Origin: an uncultured bacterium
Lineage (GTDB): Bacteria; Patescibacteriota; Gracilibacteria; UBA1369; PNNO01
Reading direction: 5' to 3'
Assembly (NCBI GenBank): GCA_963704705.1
Contig: OY969931.1
Location: forward strand, 1,020,001 to 1,052,000
Length of the DNA stretch: 32,000 nt
Made by a program: the position numbers and the translations under genes
Part shown: one piece after another, positions 1-8,098 of the stretch
How positions within the stretch are numbered: the first letter of the stretch is position 1
Layout: each line of letters opens with the position of its first letter
The notes under the pieces: model-generated
What the model saw: the letters and a program-made list of their open reading frames with translations, nothing else
What the model was told of the DNA's origin: nothing
Database searches by the model: none

Positions 1-942
1 GTATTTTTCAACAACATCAAAAGGTGAAATAACATTGTTTAAAGATTTGCTCATTTTGTGTCCCCCGCTTGAAATAAATCCGTGAATCGGAATAGATTTT
101 GGAGTCTGAAGACCTGCAGAAAGCAAAATTCCAATCCAAATCCCCGCATGAAATCTAATAATGTCTTTTCCAATTACATGAGCATCACAAGGCCAGTATT
201 TTTCGAATAATTCTCCGTCGTTTTCATAATCCAAAGCAGTAATATAGTTTGATAAAGCATCGCACCATACATACATTGTATGATCGGGATCATTAGGTAC
301 TTCGATGCCCCAGCTTAATTTATCTTTTGGACGTGAAAAGCTGACATCCCGGAGTCCTTCTTTTGCAACATTCAAAAATTCACGTTTTCGATAGTTCGGC
401 TCAATTTTTATCTCATCTTTTTCAATTAATTCCGCAATTTTATCTGAATATTTTGAAAGTCTAAAGTAATAATTTTCTTCACTAAATTTTTCCACTTCTT
501 TTTTATGGATTGGACACTTTCCGTCTTCCAAATCTTTCTCTGTCACATAAGCTTCGCATCCTTTGCAGTAAAATCCTTCATATTTATCTTTATATATATC
601 CCCTGCTTCAAAAAGTTTCATCCATAATTTTTGTGCGCCGCGCTTGTGCCTGTCAGATGTTGTACGGATAAAATCATCATAAGATAAATTCAATAATTTT
701 TTTAATTTCTTATTTTGATTCGCAATATCATCAACATGCTCCTGCGGAGTAATACCAAGCTCTTTGGCAGTATCGTGAATCTTCATTCCATGCTCATCAG
801 TGCCTGTTAAAAAATAAACATCTTCGCCAAGCAACCGATGATAGCGCGCCAAACAATCAGCTTCAATTGCCTCCATTGCGAAACCAATGTGCGGAGCAGC
901 GTTTGCATAAGGAATACTCGTTGTCACATAAAATTTACTCAT
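1..942 (-). CDS. metG: methionine--tRNA ligase, N-terminal 314 codons (gene continues beyond the left edge)
   Basis: My translation of the minus strand from the ATG at 942-940 gives MSKFYVTTSIPYANAAPHIGFAMEAIEADCLARYHRLLGEDVYFLTGTDEHG (class I HIGH-type motif). Near position 60 it gives GGHKMSKSLNNV (KMSKS). The frame is open to position 1. It is absent from the ORF track because it has no stop inside the window. Confidence 0.9.
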   Translation of the reverse strand, partial: MSKFYVTTSIPYANAAPHIGFAMEAIEADCLARYHRLLGEDVYFLTGTDEHGMKIHDTAKELGITPQEHVDDIANQNKKLKKLLNLSYDDFIRTTSDRHKRGAQKLWMKLFEAGDIYKDKYEGFYCKGCEAYVTEKDLEDGKCPIHKKEVEKFSEENYYFRLSKYSDKIAELIEKDEIKIEPNYRKREFLNVAKEGLRDVSFSRPKDKLSWGIEVPNDPDHTMYVWCDALSNYITALDYENDGELFEKYWPCDAHVIGKDIIRFHAGIWIGILLSAGLQTPKSIPIHGFISSGGHKMSKSLNNVISPFDVVEKY

Positions 943-957
943 GACTCTATTTAACCC

Positions 958-2160
958 TTATTCAGAAGGTTTTTCAAGGTAACCTTCAGGGTTCTGTTTA
1001 TCGCCTTCTCCCCCAACCTGAGTTCTATAGAGTGAAAAATTGAATACCGGCATGAAAGTATTAGGCTTTATAAAGGCCTCAATTTGTTTTCGTAATTTCT
1101 GGAAAGTGCCTGTTGAATCAATTTTTGCATAATCTCTGATTGTATATTCACCATCATCAGGAATTAATATTCTGTAATAAATTCGTGCTCTTTTTCTTTT
1201 TTCAAAATCAGAACCACCCTGTAAAAGTTCAGGATTAAATATATTTGAAAGACTTAAATAATTAGAATCATGACAATCCAAAAACTCTTTAATTGTCACT
1301 GGATTTGAAGTGTCTTCAGTATATTTTACTGTTCGTGCCTCGCCATTTGAATCTAGCTGATATACAAAAGCTTCACGTGCCCACTGCCACAAATACGCGC
1401 AATTTTCATTATATTGAATCCCGTTTCGATCATCAGTAAAGCCGGCTGAAGTTGTTCCGAAACAAGAAGGCCAGTCCTCATTTGAACCAATCCATACCGG
1501 AAGATAATCTCCGATAAATTCAGTGGTAAGTTTATCAGGATTAGGGTCAAAATATTTACTGCAAACCGAACCAACCTGTGCCCCGCTGTTAATACCTGTA
1601 ATTTTCCATCTAAGCATATCAAGAACACCTTTTTGTAATGCTTCATTCAATTCAGGAACAGCATCAATAAAAAACTCAACTCTAAAATCACTCACATTTT
1701 TTACAGAAACATCTTCATTTTGAACAAATAATGGAACTGTTAATGTATCATTCAAATCAAGATATCCATAAAGGTAAGTTTTTGGATCATCCTGAGCAAG
1801 TTCTTTGTTAATTATTTCTGTGTCAACAAAAGGCATGGACTTGGCTTTATTGCCGATTGAATATTCAAAACTCAAATCTTCACCAATATTATAAGAATCA
1901 CCATTCACAATAAGTTCTCCTTTTATCATTTTATCTTCTTTTTCAAATCCAGGTAATTTTTGATGCAAATCCAAAAGCGCACTTTCAATACCTGACTCAG
2001 CCGCATAATAAGCTTTACCTGCATTTACAATATCAGTTGTTATTCTTATTTCACGCATAACCAGACTGCTTAGCCCTAGCGCAAGAGTCATTAGCACTCC
2101 CATTACAAGCAAAGTGATTAGTAGTGCGCTGCCTTTTTGTTTGATTAATTTTAATATCAT
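958..2160 (-). CDS. large pilus-associated protein with PilX-N-like N-terminal hydrophobic segment (minor pilin / tip-protein candidate)
   Basis: The N-terminus KGSALLITLLVMGVLMTLALGLSSLVMREIRITTD resembles the PilX N-terminal domain. It is the last gene of the pilin operon and overlaps the upstream pilin gene by 4 nt. The ~350 aa globular part contains 4 Cys. Confidence 0.5.
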   Translation of the reverse strand: MILKLIKQKGSALLITLLVMGVLMTLALGLSSLVMREIRITTDIVNAGKAYYAAESGIESALLDLHQKLPGFEKEDKMIKGELIVNGDSYNIGEDLSFEYSIGNKAKSMPFVDTEIINKELAQDDPKTYLYGYLDLNDTLTVPLFVQNEDVSVKNVSDFRVEFFIDAVPELNEALQKGVLDMLRWKITGINSGAQVGSVCSKYFDPNPDKLTTEFIGDYLPVWIGSNEDWPSCFGTTSAGFTDDRNGIQYNENCAYLWQWAREAFVYQLDSNGEARTVKYTEDTSNPVTIKEFLDCHDSNYLSLSNIFNPELLQGGSDFEKRKRARIYYRILIPDDGEYTIRDYAKIDSTGTFQKLRKQIEAFIKPNTFMPVFNFSLYRTQVGGEGDKQNPEGYLEKPSE

Positions 2161-2843
2161 AAGTTGTCTGTTTGCTGGTTATAAACACGTGATGAAAATG
2201 TTGTTTGCAAATCAAGATTAAAATCCGAAACCGTATCATTGTTGGATCCAATACTCGAATACACAGTAACCGATGGCTGAAACTGTACTACGCCACACGA
2301 AATATTATCAGGATCAAATGGATCATCCAAAGGTGCTTTATCAAAACTAAATGATTTAATTTTTAAATCCTTCATTTCAATCTCTACAAATCCTGTTTCA
2401 AATCCTCTGTCAGGTTTCCATTTATCATCAGCTGTACCTTTTATTTCTTTTTTAAAACTTAATATTTTTCCATCGTTATCTTCGGAATCCTGAACTAGAA
2501 ATACAGTTCGTTCAGTTGCATCGCGATTGATTAATGCCAAATAAGAATCTGGTGAACCCAACTGAAGTTCGTTACTATTGCATGTATCAGATTGCGAACT
2601 GCCACTTCCGGGCTTACCAGGACATCCATAATCAATTGTTTTTGATCTTGTTTCTTCACCTATTAAACTGTAAACATATCTCAATTGCGAATACATTTCT
2701 CTTATAACATTTGCATTTCTTTGTGCACCTGCAATATTTAGATACGAACTTGAAATAGTAATCATTAATAATGAAAAAATAGTAATTGCAATGAGTATTT
2801 CTATTAATGTGAATCCCCTGTTTGTTCTAATTTTATGAGTCAA
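2157..2843 (-). CDS. prepilin-type N-terminal cleavage/methylation domain protein (pseudopilin)
   Basis: N-terminus MTHKIRTNRGFTLIEILIAITIFSLLM carries the canonical G/FTLIE class III signal followed by a hydrophobic helix. Confidence 0.78.
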   Translation of the reverse strand: MTHKIRTNRGFTLIEILIAITIFSLLMITISSSYLNIAGAQRNANVIREMYSQLRYVYSLIGEETRSKTIDYGCPGKPGSGSSQSDTCNSNELQLGSPDSYLALINRDATERTVFLVQDSEDNDGKILSFKKEIKGTADDKWKPDRGFETGFVEIEMKDLKIKSFSFDKAPLDDPFDPDNISCGVVQFQPSVTVYSSIGSNNDTVSDFNLDLQTTFSSRVYNQQTDNL

Positions 2844-2870
2844 AAGTCAAAGGTTAATGGTCAAATGTTG

Positions 2871-3497
2871 CTATAAAGGTCCGGCTTTCCAGTCGGTTAA
2901 AATTGTAGGAAGCCTGAATTCGCCTGTTTTACTTCCTTCAGTCCACTGCACAACAGCTGTTACTGAAAGTTTTAATTTATCTTTTCCTTCTTTGTTAGAT
3001 AAATCATACGGTACTGATCTTACTTCAAGCCATCTTCTGAATTTACTTTTATTTTCAGTTGGTTCATGAATATATTTAACGGGATCTCCGCTTGTTAAAT
3101 AAAGCTGGCTTTTCTCCTGTGTGTAATTCAGCAGTTCCCATGGAGCCGCATTCTTTACATCAGCAGGATCATTGCTGCATGTATCGGTAGTTTGTAAATT
3201 TTCACGTTTTTCAATAATAAAATTACCATCACCTTCAAAACTTACTCCAAATAAATTCTTATCACTACCTCTCCAGTATTGGTTATGCATCCAAAGTCCA
3301 TCTCGTATATTTCTAAAACCTTCAAGAGCTTCCTGTGCCAGATTATAAGCAATTATTTTATCGATATTACTATTGTTGGCTCTAATTGATGACACCAATA
3401 AATTAGTTGTTGTTACAATAACAATTACAATAATTGCAATTGATACAATTACTTCAGGTAAAGTGAACCCTTTTTGTTTTTTATTTATATTTTTCAT
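2871..3497 (-). CDS. prepilin-type N-terminal cleavage/methylation domain protein (pseudopilin)
   Basis: N-terminus MKNINKKQKGFTLPEVIVSIAIIVIVIV has a G/FTLPE motif followed by a hydrophobic helix. Confidence 0.78.
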   Translation of the reverse strand: MKNINKKQKGFTLPEVIVSIAIIVIVIVTTTNLLVSSIRANNSNIDKIIAYNLAQEALEGFRNIRDGLWMHNQYWRGSDKNLFGVSFEGDGNFIIEKRENLQTTDTCSNDPADVKNAAPWELLNYTQEKSQLYLTSGDPVKYIHEPTENKSKFRRWLEVRSVPYDLSNKEGKDKLKLSVTAVVQWTEGSKTGEFRLPTILTDWKAGPL

Positions 3498-3634
3498 TAA
3501 ATCTATCAGTAAAAGTATTACCGGTTAACATATTTAATAAGATAACTCTTTGGTCATTTTCATTTACATCCCCTTTCAATCCAATTACAATCTGCAAAAA
3601 TTTATTTGAGCCAGCCATAGCACCTATTTCCAAT

Positions 3635-4066
3635 TCAGGAATGGCATTTGGCGGAGCAAAAGAACATAGTAAAATCATCATTTTCATTACCAAAAAGTTT
3701 AATATCATTTACAACTATATTCTTATCAAGATCATTTACTCCATACGATTCAGCATCTATTTGTAAACATTTGTTATTTTTTTCTTTTAAACGATTATAT
3801 GGTGCAATCAGCTGATCGATTGTTCCTTCCACTTTTACAACAAACCCAAAACAATGAGATTCATTGTCTACCGAATAACCTGATCTGGTTTTTTCACGCA
3901 TCTCAATAATCAAATTTTCAATTTTATTTGCAGCAATATCAAGAGCTATTCTTTTATTTACACTTGAATAACTCATTATGGTTACAGCAATTATCACTGA
4001 AATGATTGCCATCACTATTAGAAGTTCAATAAGGGTAAAACCTTTTTTTTTATTTTTAATTTTCAT
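3635..4066 (-). CDS. prepilin-type protein (GspH/FimT-like minor pilin), apparently truncated by a +1 frameshift; the tail continues in ORF 3481..3708
   Basis: MKIKNKKKGFTLIELLIVMAIISVIIAV. I prefer the ATG at 4066 over the track start at 4099, because 4066 sits just after the pilC stop (4077-4079) and gives a normal short leader peptide. See the frameshift finding. Confidence 0.65.
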   Translation of the reverse strand: MKIKNKKKGFTLIELLIVMAIISVIIAVTIMSYSSVNKRIALDIAANKIENLIIEMREKTRSGYSVDNESHCFGFVVKVEGTIDQLIAPYNRLKEKNNKCLQIDAESYGVNDLDKNIVVNDIKLFGNENDDFTMFFCSAKCHS

Positions 4067-4076
4067 TAAACTTTTC

Positions 4077-5285
4077 TTATATTGTTCCTGTAAACGCAAA
4101 AATCGGCATTAAAATAGCAAGCGCCAAAAGCACAATAAACAAAGCAACGATCAAAATCATAATCGGCTCGAATATTGCTGTTAATCTTTTAATACTATGG
4201 TCAATTTCTCTATTGTAATGTGACGCTATTTTTTCAGATATAGTGCCAATTGAAGCTGTTTTTTCACCGATACTAATCATTTGAGTAACAGTTTCAGGAA
4301 ATAAAAACGGTGCATCCATTAAATTGTCTGAAATCTTTTCACCTGCCTGAACTTTTTTTACAACTTCAAGAATTTTGAGTTCATAAGGTGCACTATTCAT
4401 TAAATGCGCTGTAATTTGAAGTGTTCTAATAACAGGCAATCCTGCTTCCATTAATATTCCAAGCATACTGATAAATCTCATAACCAACACTTTTCTTATA
4501 AGCGAACCAATAACAGGAATTTTTAATTTTGTGAAATCAATCTGAAAGTTACCTGCTTCAGTTGATTTATAAACCTTGTAAATACCATATATTGCAAGAA
4601 CACCTAAAATGATTGTCCACCAGTAACCTCTTAAAAAATCACTTGTCCCAATTAATAAGCGTGTTGCAAATGGGAAATCCTTAGTTTCCAAACCACCCTG
4701 AACAAGCAGGTCTGTTAGAATCGGGACAACACCCACAATCATAATTATTGAAACTATAATTAAAACAGTAATTACAATTATCGGATAAACTGACGCTGTA
4801 AACAATTTAATTTGAAGTTCATTAATTCTTTCTGTCTGGTCGGATAATCTAAAAAGCATTTTATCAAGATTACCAGCTGCTTCACCTGCTTTAACCACAC
4901 CGATTTCCGCATCAGTAAAAACATCCGGAAAACGAGCCATTGAATCTGAAAGTGTATTCCCACGTTCGGTTGAATAAGCCAATGTATTAATTATTCTTTG
5001 AAATCTTCGATTCTCTGTTTTTGAAGAAAGCACTTTAAGCGCTTGTAAAACAGGAATTCCAGCATCAACCATCACAGCAAGTAAATGGAAGAAATAAGCT
5101 TTTTCTTTTAAGCCTACTTTACTGTGATCAATTAAAAAATCATTAATTTTGGTTGAAACCGATGCATTTCTATTGTCATATAATCCATAAATAACTTCTT
5201 CTTTTTTCCTAACACCTCTGTTTTCAATACTTTTTAAAAGTTTTTCAGCATCCCTACTCTCTCTGTTTTTTTGATTATTATCCAT
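4077..5285 (-). CDS. pilC: type IV pilus / type II secretion platform protein (GspF/PilC family)
   Basis: 402 aa with two repeated GspF-type halves and three hydrophobic segments. Typical family strings are present (LSSKTENRRFQRIINTL..., GEAAGNLDKML, ISIGEKTASIG). It lies between PilO-like and pilin genes. Confidence 0.85.
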   Translation of the reverse strand: MDNNQKNRESRDAEKLLKSIENRGVRKKEEVIYGLYDNRNASVSTKINDFLIDHSKVGLKEKAYFFHLLAVMVDAGIPVLQALKVLSSKTENRRFQRIINTLAYSTERGNTLSDSMARFPDVFTDAEIGVVKAGEAAGNLDKMLFRLSDQTERINELQIKLFTASVYPIIVITVLIIVSIIMIVGVVPILTDLLVQGGLETKDFPFATRLLIGTSDFLRGYWWTIILGVLAIYGIYKVYKSTEAGNFQIDFTKLKIPVIGSLIRKVLVMRFISMLGILMEAGLPVIRTLQITAHLMNSAPYELKILEVVKKVQAGEKISDNLMDAPFLFPETVTQMISIGEKTASIGTISEKIASHYNREIDHSIKRLTAIFEPIMILIVALFIVLLALAILMPIFAFTGTI

Positions 5286-5289
5286 AATT

Positions 5290-5832
5290 TTATAAGTAAT
5301 AAGCTTTAATAGTTAAAGTCATGTTTTCAAGAAGGCTTTGAAGTCTTTGAACATTAATGTTTTCAACAACAAATTTTCTGCTTGTACTCTCAAGATCTTG
5401 CAAAAATGAAATTAAAGCCTGATGTCCGCCACTTATATTTGTTGAAATATTTAATACATTTACACCAAGTTCAGAATCTTCAAGTTGTCCAAAACTTATT
5501 GAATTCAAACTTACTGAATTGTCCGTAGTTAATTTTGCAAGTGTGTTAATTACTTCGCTTTCATTAACATCGGCAGGAATTAAGTTAAGAACATCATTCA
5601 TTGTTACTTCTGAACCTGAAAAAGAATCACGCAGATTTTCAAGTCTCACGATTTCTGCCTTAATTTGTTGTAATTCACTCTGCTTTGAAGACAAATCTGT
5701 CTGAAGATCAGCAAGTCTGTCTTTTTGCGGTAAAAGAAATACAAACACTCCGACTATTGATACAATTAATAATGTAACAGCAACAATTGTCGATGTATTT
5801 GAATCCTGATTTGTTTTTATTTGAGCATTCAT
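5290..5832 (-). CDS. PilO-like bitopic pilus biogenesis protein
   Basis: 180 aa with one N-terminal TM helix (IVAVTLLIVSIVGVFVFLL) followed by a coiled-coil (DRLADLQTDLSSKQSELQQIKAEIVRLE). It sits directly upstream of pilC. Assignment rests on architecture and context only. Confidence 0.45.
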   Translation of the reverse strand: MNAQIKTNQDSNTSTIVAVTLLIVSIVGVFVFLLPQKDRLADLQTDLSSKQSELQQIKAEIVRLENLRDSFSGSEVTMNDVLNLIPADVNESEVINTLAKLTTDNSVSLNSISFGQLEDSELGVNVLNISTNISGGHQALISFLQDLESTSRKFVVENINVQRLQSLLENMTLTIKAYYL

Positions 5833-5850
5833 TATTATTTTTAAGTTAAA

Positions 5851-6405
5851 TTATCTACGTGGAACGTTATCTTCAGAAGCTTTGTAATTCACACTTAGTA
5901 TAAAAGACAAAGTCGAATCCCCTTCAGCTGTCTGCGCCTTGCTTATTGAAGGTACAAAAGGGTTTGAAAAATCCGGAGCTTCACTGAAAACTTTAAGTGT
6001 GTCAGCTACATAACCCAGAAGGGTTTGCACGTTTTCTGAATTTAAAGTCTGAACATTAAATGAAAGTCTGCCATCTTTTCCTCCGCTGTACGAAAGAAAA
6101 TCAACAATTTTCCTTTTTTCTTCAATATCAACCGGAGCTATTTTAGTAATAGTATCCAATACTTTGGACCATTTTACTTCAATAAGCTCAATTTTATCCA
6201 AAGCGCTTATGCTTTTTTGAGCAAGCACGACATCGCTCTGATTAAGCTCATCCAAACTGTTATTGGCTTTTGTTATATCCTGATCAGCTTTATTTATCTC
6301 TGATTCGGCAGCTAGTGCCTGCGAATAGAAATAACCTGAGCCAAGCCCCACTCCAAAAAGGATAATAAAGGCAATGATTAAAAATACTGGTGATTTTTTA
6401 TTCAT
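5851..6405 (-). CDS. PilN/PilO-like bitopic pilus biogenesis protein
   Basis: 184 aa with an N-terminal TM helix (VFLIIAFIILFGVGLGSGYFY) followed by a coiled-coil. It is the first gene of the minus-strand pilus operon. Assignment rests on architecture and context only. Confidence 0.4.
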   Translation of the reverse strand: MNKKSPVFLIIAFIILFGVGLGSGYFYSQALAAESEINKADQDITKANNSLDELNQSDVVLAQKSISALDKIELIEVKWSKVLDTITKIAPVDIEEKRKIVDFLSYSGGKDGRLSFNVQTLNSENVQTLLGYVADTLKVFSEAPDFSNPFVPSISKAQTAEGDSTLSFILSVNYKASEDNVPRR

Positions 6406-6489
6406 GATATTTTGTGTTTATTTTTTTATCAATATATTATACTATTAAAATCCAAAAAAATCAATTATATAAGCCCAAAAATTATAATT

Positions 6490-6813
6490 ATGCAGCAGAA
6501 AAAAAACTTTATATTTAAAAACGAACAATTTATTTGTGAAAATTGCAAAAAAAATAACCCAAAACTTGCGGCTGGCTGCCGAAACCACTGTAAATTTTGT
6601 TTATATAGCAAACATGTTGATAAAGAAATACCCGGCGACAGGGAGAGTGAATGTAAGGGCTTAATGAAGCCAATTTCTTTAGACAAAGATGGCAAAAAAG
6701 GTTATATTATTATACATAAATGTATTGTTTGCGGTGCTGAAAACAGAAATAAAACAGCATCTGATGATAATTTTGATGCTATTATTGATTTATCGGTTAA
6801 TGAACTTGTATGA
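6490..6813 (+). CDS. RNHCP domain-containing zinc-ribbon protein
   Basis: FICENCKK...AAGCRNHCKFCLYSKHVD...PGDRESECKGLMKP...IIIHKCIVCG matches the RNHCP-domain pattern. The start is moved to the ATG at 6490 because the track start at 6412 adds an implausible AT-rich leader. The stop overlaps the tilS start (ATGA). Confidence 0.7.
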   Translation: MQQKKNFIFKNEQFICENCKKNNPKLAAGCRNHCKFCLYSKHVDKEIPGDRESECKGLMKPISLDKDGKKGYIIIHKCIVCGAENRNKTASDDNFDAIIDLSVNELV

Positions 6814-8093
6814 AAAATGATTTAAATAATATTATTAAAGATCATATTGCCAAAAATTCTAAAATTATTGTGGCTTTTTCAGGCGGGCCTGATTCAGTAT
6901 ACCTTTTATATAAATTGATTGGATTAAATCATTGTAAAATAATTCTGGCTCATTTTAATCACAAATTAAGAGGCAAAGACAGTAATCTGGATGAAAAATT
7001 TGCTGTTAACACTGCAAATAAATTTAAGCTGGAATTTGAATCAGATTCTTTTGATATTAAAAAATATGCAAAAGAGAATTCTTTAAATCTTGAAGAAGCC
7101 GCTCGAATTAAAAGATATGAATTCCTTAATAAGATAAAGAAAAAACATAATGCAAATTTTATTATAACCGCACATCATGCAGATGATAATCTGGAGACTT
7201 TTATACTTAATTTCATAAGAGGGGCTGGTTTAAAGGGCTTAAAATCGATGCAATTAATTAATAAAGATATTTTTAGACCTTTATTATATACATCTAAAGA
7301 AGAAATTATTGATTATTTGAAGAAAAATAAAATTAAATTCAGGGTTGATAAGTCAAACAGCGATAATTCCTTTACAAGAAACAAATTACGTAATGAAATT
7401 ATTCCAAAATTAAAAGAAATCCAGCCCGATCTAATTAAGATTTCCAATAGAAATCTTCAAAATTTTAATGAAGTTCATACATTAATTAATAATAGAGCCA
7501 ATAAAGATACATTAACAAAGCAAATTCTTTTAAGTGTTTATGAAAATATTTATGGATCAACACAAAACTTTTCAACAAGCCAATTAGAAAAGCTATTAAA
7601 AATTTCAAAAAATAAAAAAACAGGTAAAAAAGCTGAATTCGGCAAAGATTTTTATCTAACTTCAACATCAAAATCTATTGAATTGATGCCAAAAAGTAAA
7701 AGTACTTTAATAAAAAAGAATAAAATTAAAACTCCTGGTATAACTAAGTATGAATTTGGTGAAATTAAATGCAGACTTACAAACAAAATACCAAAAAGTG
7801 GGATTTATGTTGATTATTCGAAGCTAAAACTTCCTCTATATATAAGGAGTAAAATTGATGGAGATAGATTCAGCCCATTTGGACTTAAAGGAACAAAAAA
7901 ACTTCAGGACTTTTTTACTGATAAAAAAATTCCGAAACACAAACGTTCTCAAATCCCTATAATTACAGATAAAAACGATAAAATTATTGCCATTGGAAAT
8001 TATTCAATTGATGATAACTACAAGATTTCAGAATCTAACAAGGAGAAAGCTAATCAATACCTTGAAATAGTATTAAAAAAAGATAAACTATAA
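6810..8093 (+). CDS. tilS: tRNA(Ile)-lysidine synthetase
   Basis: N-type ATP pyrophosphatase PP-loop VAFSGGPDSVYLL. The C-terminal TilS substrate domain is present (GDRFSPFGLKGTKKLQDFFTDKKIP). The classic tilS-ftsH neighbourhood is also present. Confidence 0.9.
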   Translation: MKNDLNNIIKDHIAKNSKIIVAFSGGPDSVYLLYKLIGLNHCKIILAHFNHKLRGKDSNLDEKFAVNTANKFKLEFESDSFDIKKYAKENSLNLEEAARIKRYEFLNKIKKKHNANFIITAHHADDNLETFILNFIRGAGLKGLKSMQLINKDIFRPLLYTSKEEIIDYLKKNKIKFRVDKSNSDNSFTRNKLRNEIIPKLKEIQPDLIKISNRNLQNFNEVHTLINNRANKDTLTKQILLSVYENIYGSTQNFSTSQLEKLLKISKNKKTGKKAEFGKDFYLTSTSKSIELMPKSKSTLIKKNKIKTPGITKYEFGEIKCRLTNKIPKSGIYVDYSKLKLPLYIRSKIDGDRFSPFGLKGTKKLQDFFTDKKIPKHKRSQIPIITDKNDKIIAIGNYSIDDNYKISESNKEKANQYLEIVLKKDKL

Positions 8094-8098
8094 GAGCT

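Noticed and set aside
3481-3708. 75 aa ORF as an independent gene
   Set aside because: It has no pilin or signal N-terminus and overlaps the preceding pilin ORF. It reads as that pilin's missing C-terminal part after a +1 shift, so it is treated as the frameshifted tail (see findings).
6412-6489. Longer N-terminal extensions suggested by the ORF track (6412 for the RNHCP protein, 4099 for the pilin, 23215 for the PHP protein)
   Set aside because: The extensions add implausible residues (for example MCLFFYQYIILLKSKKINYISPKIII) and would overlap upstream genes or promoters. The internal ATGs give canonical N-termini and tidy junctions with neighbouring genes.
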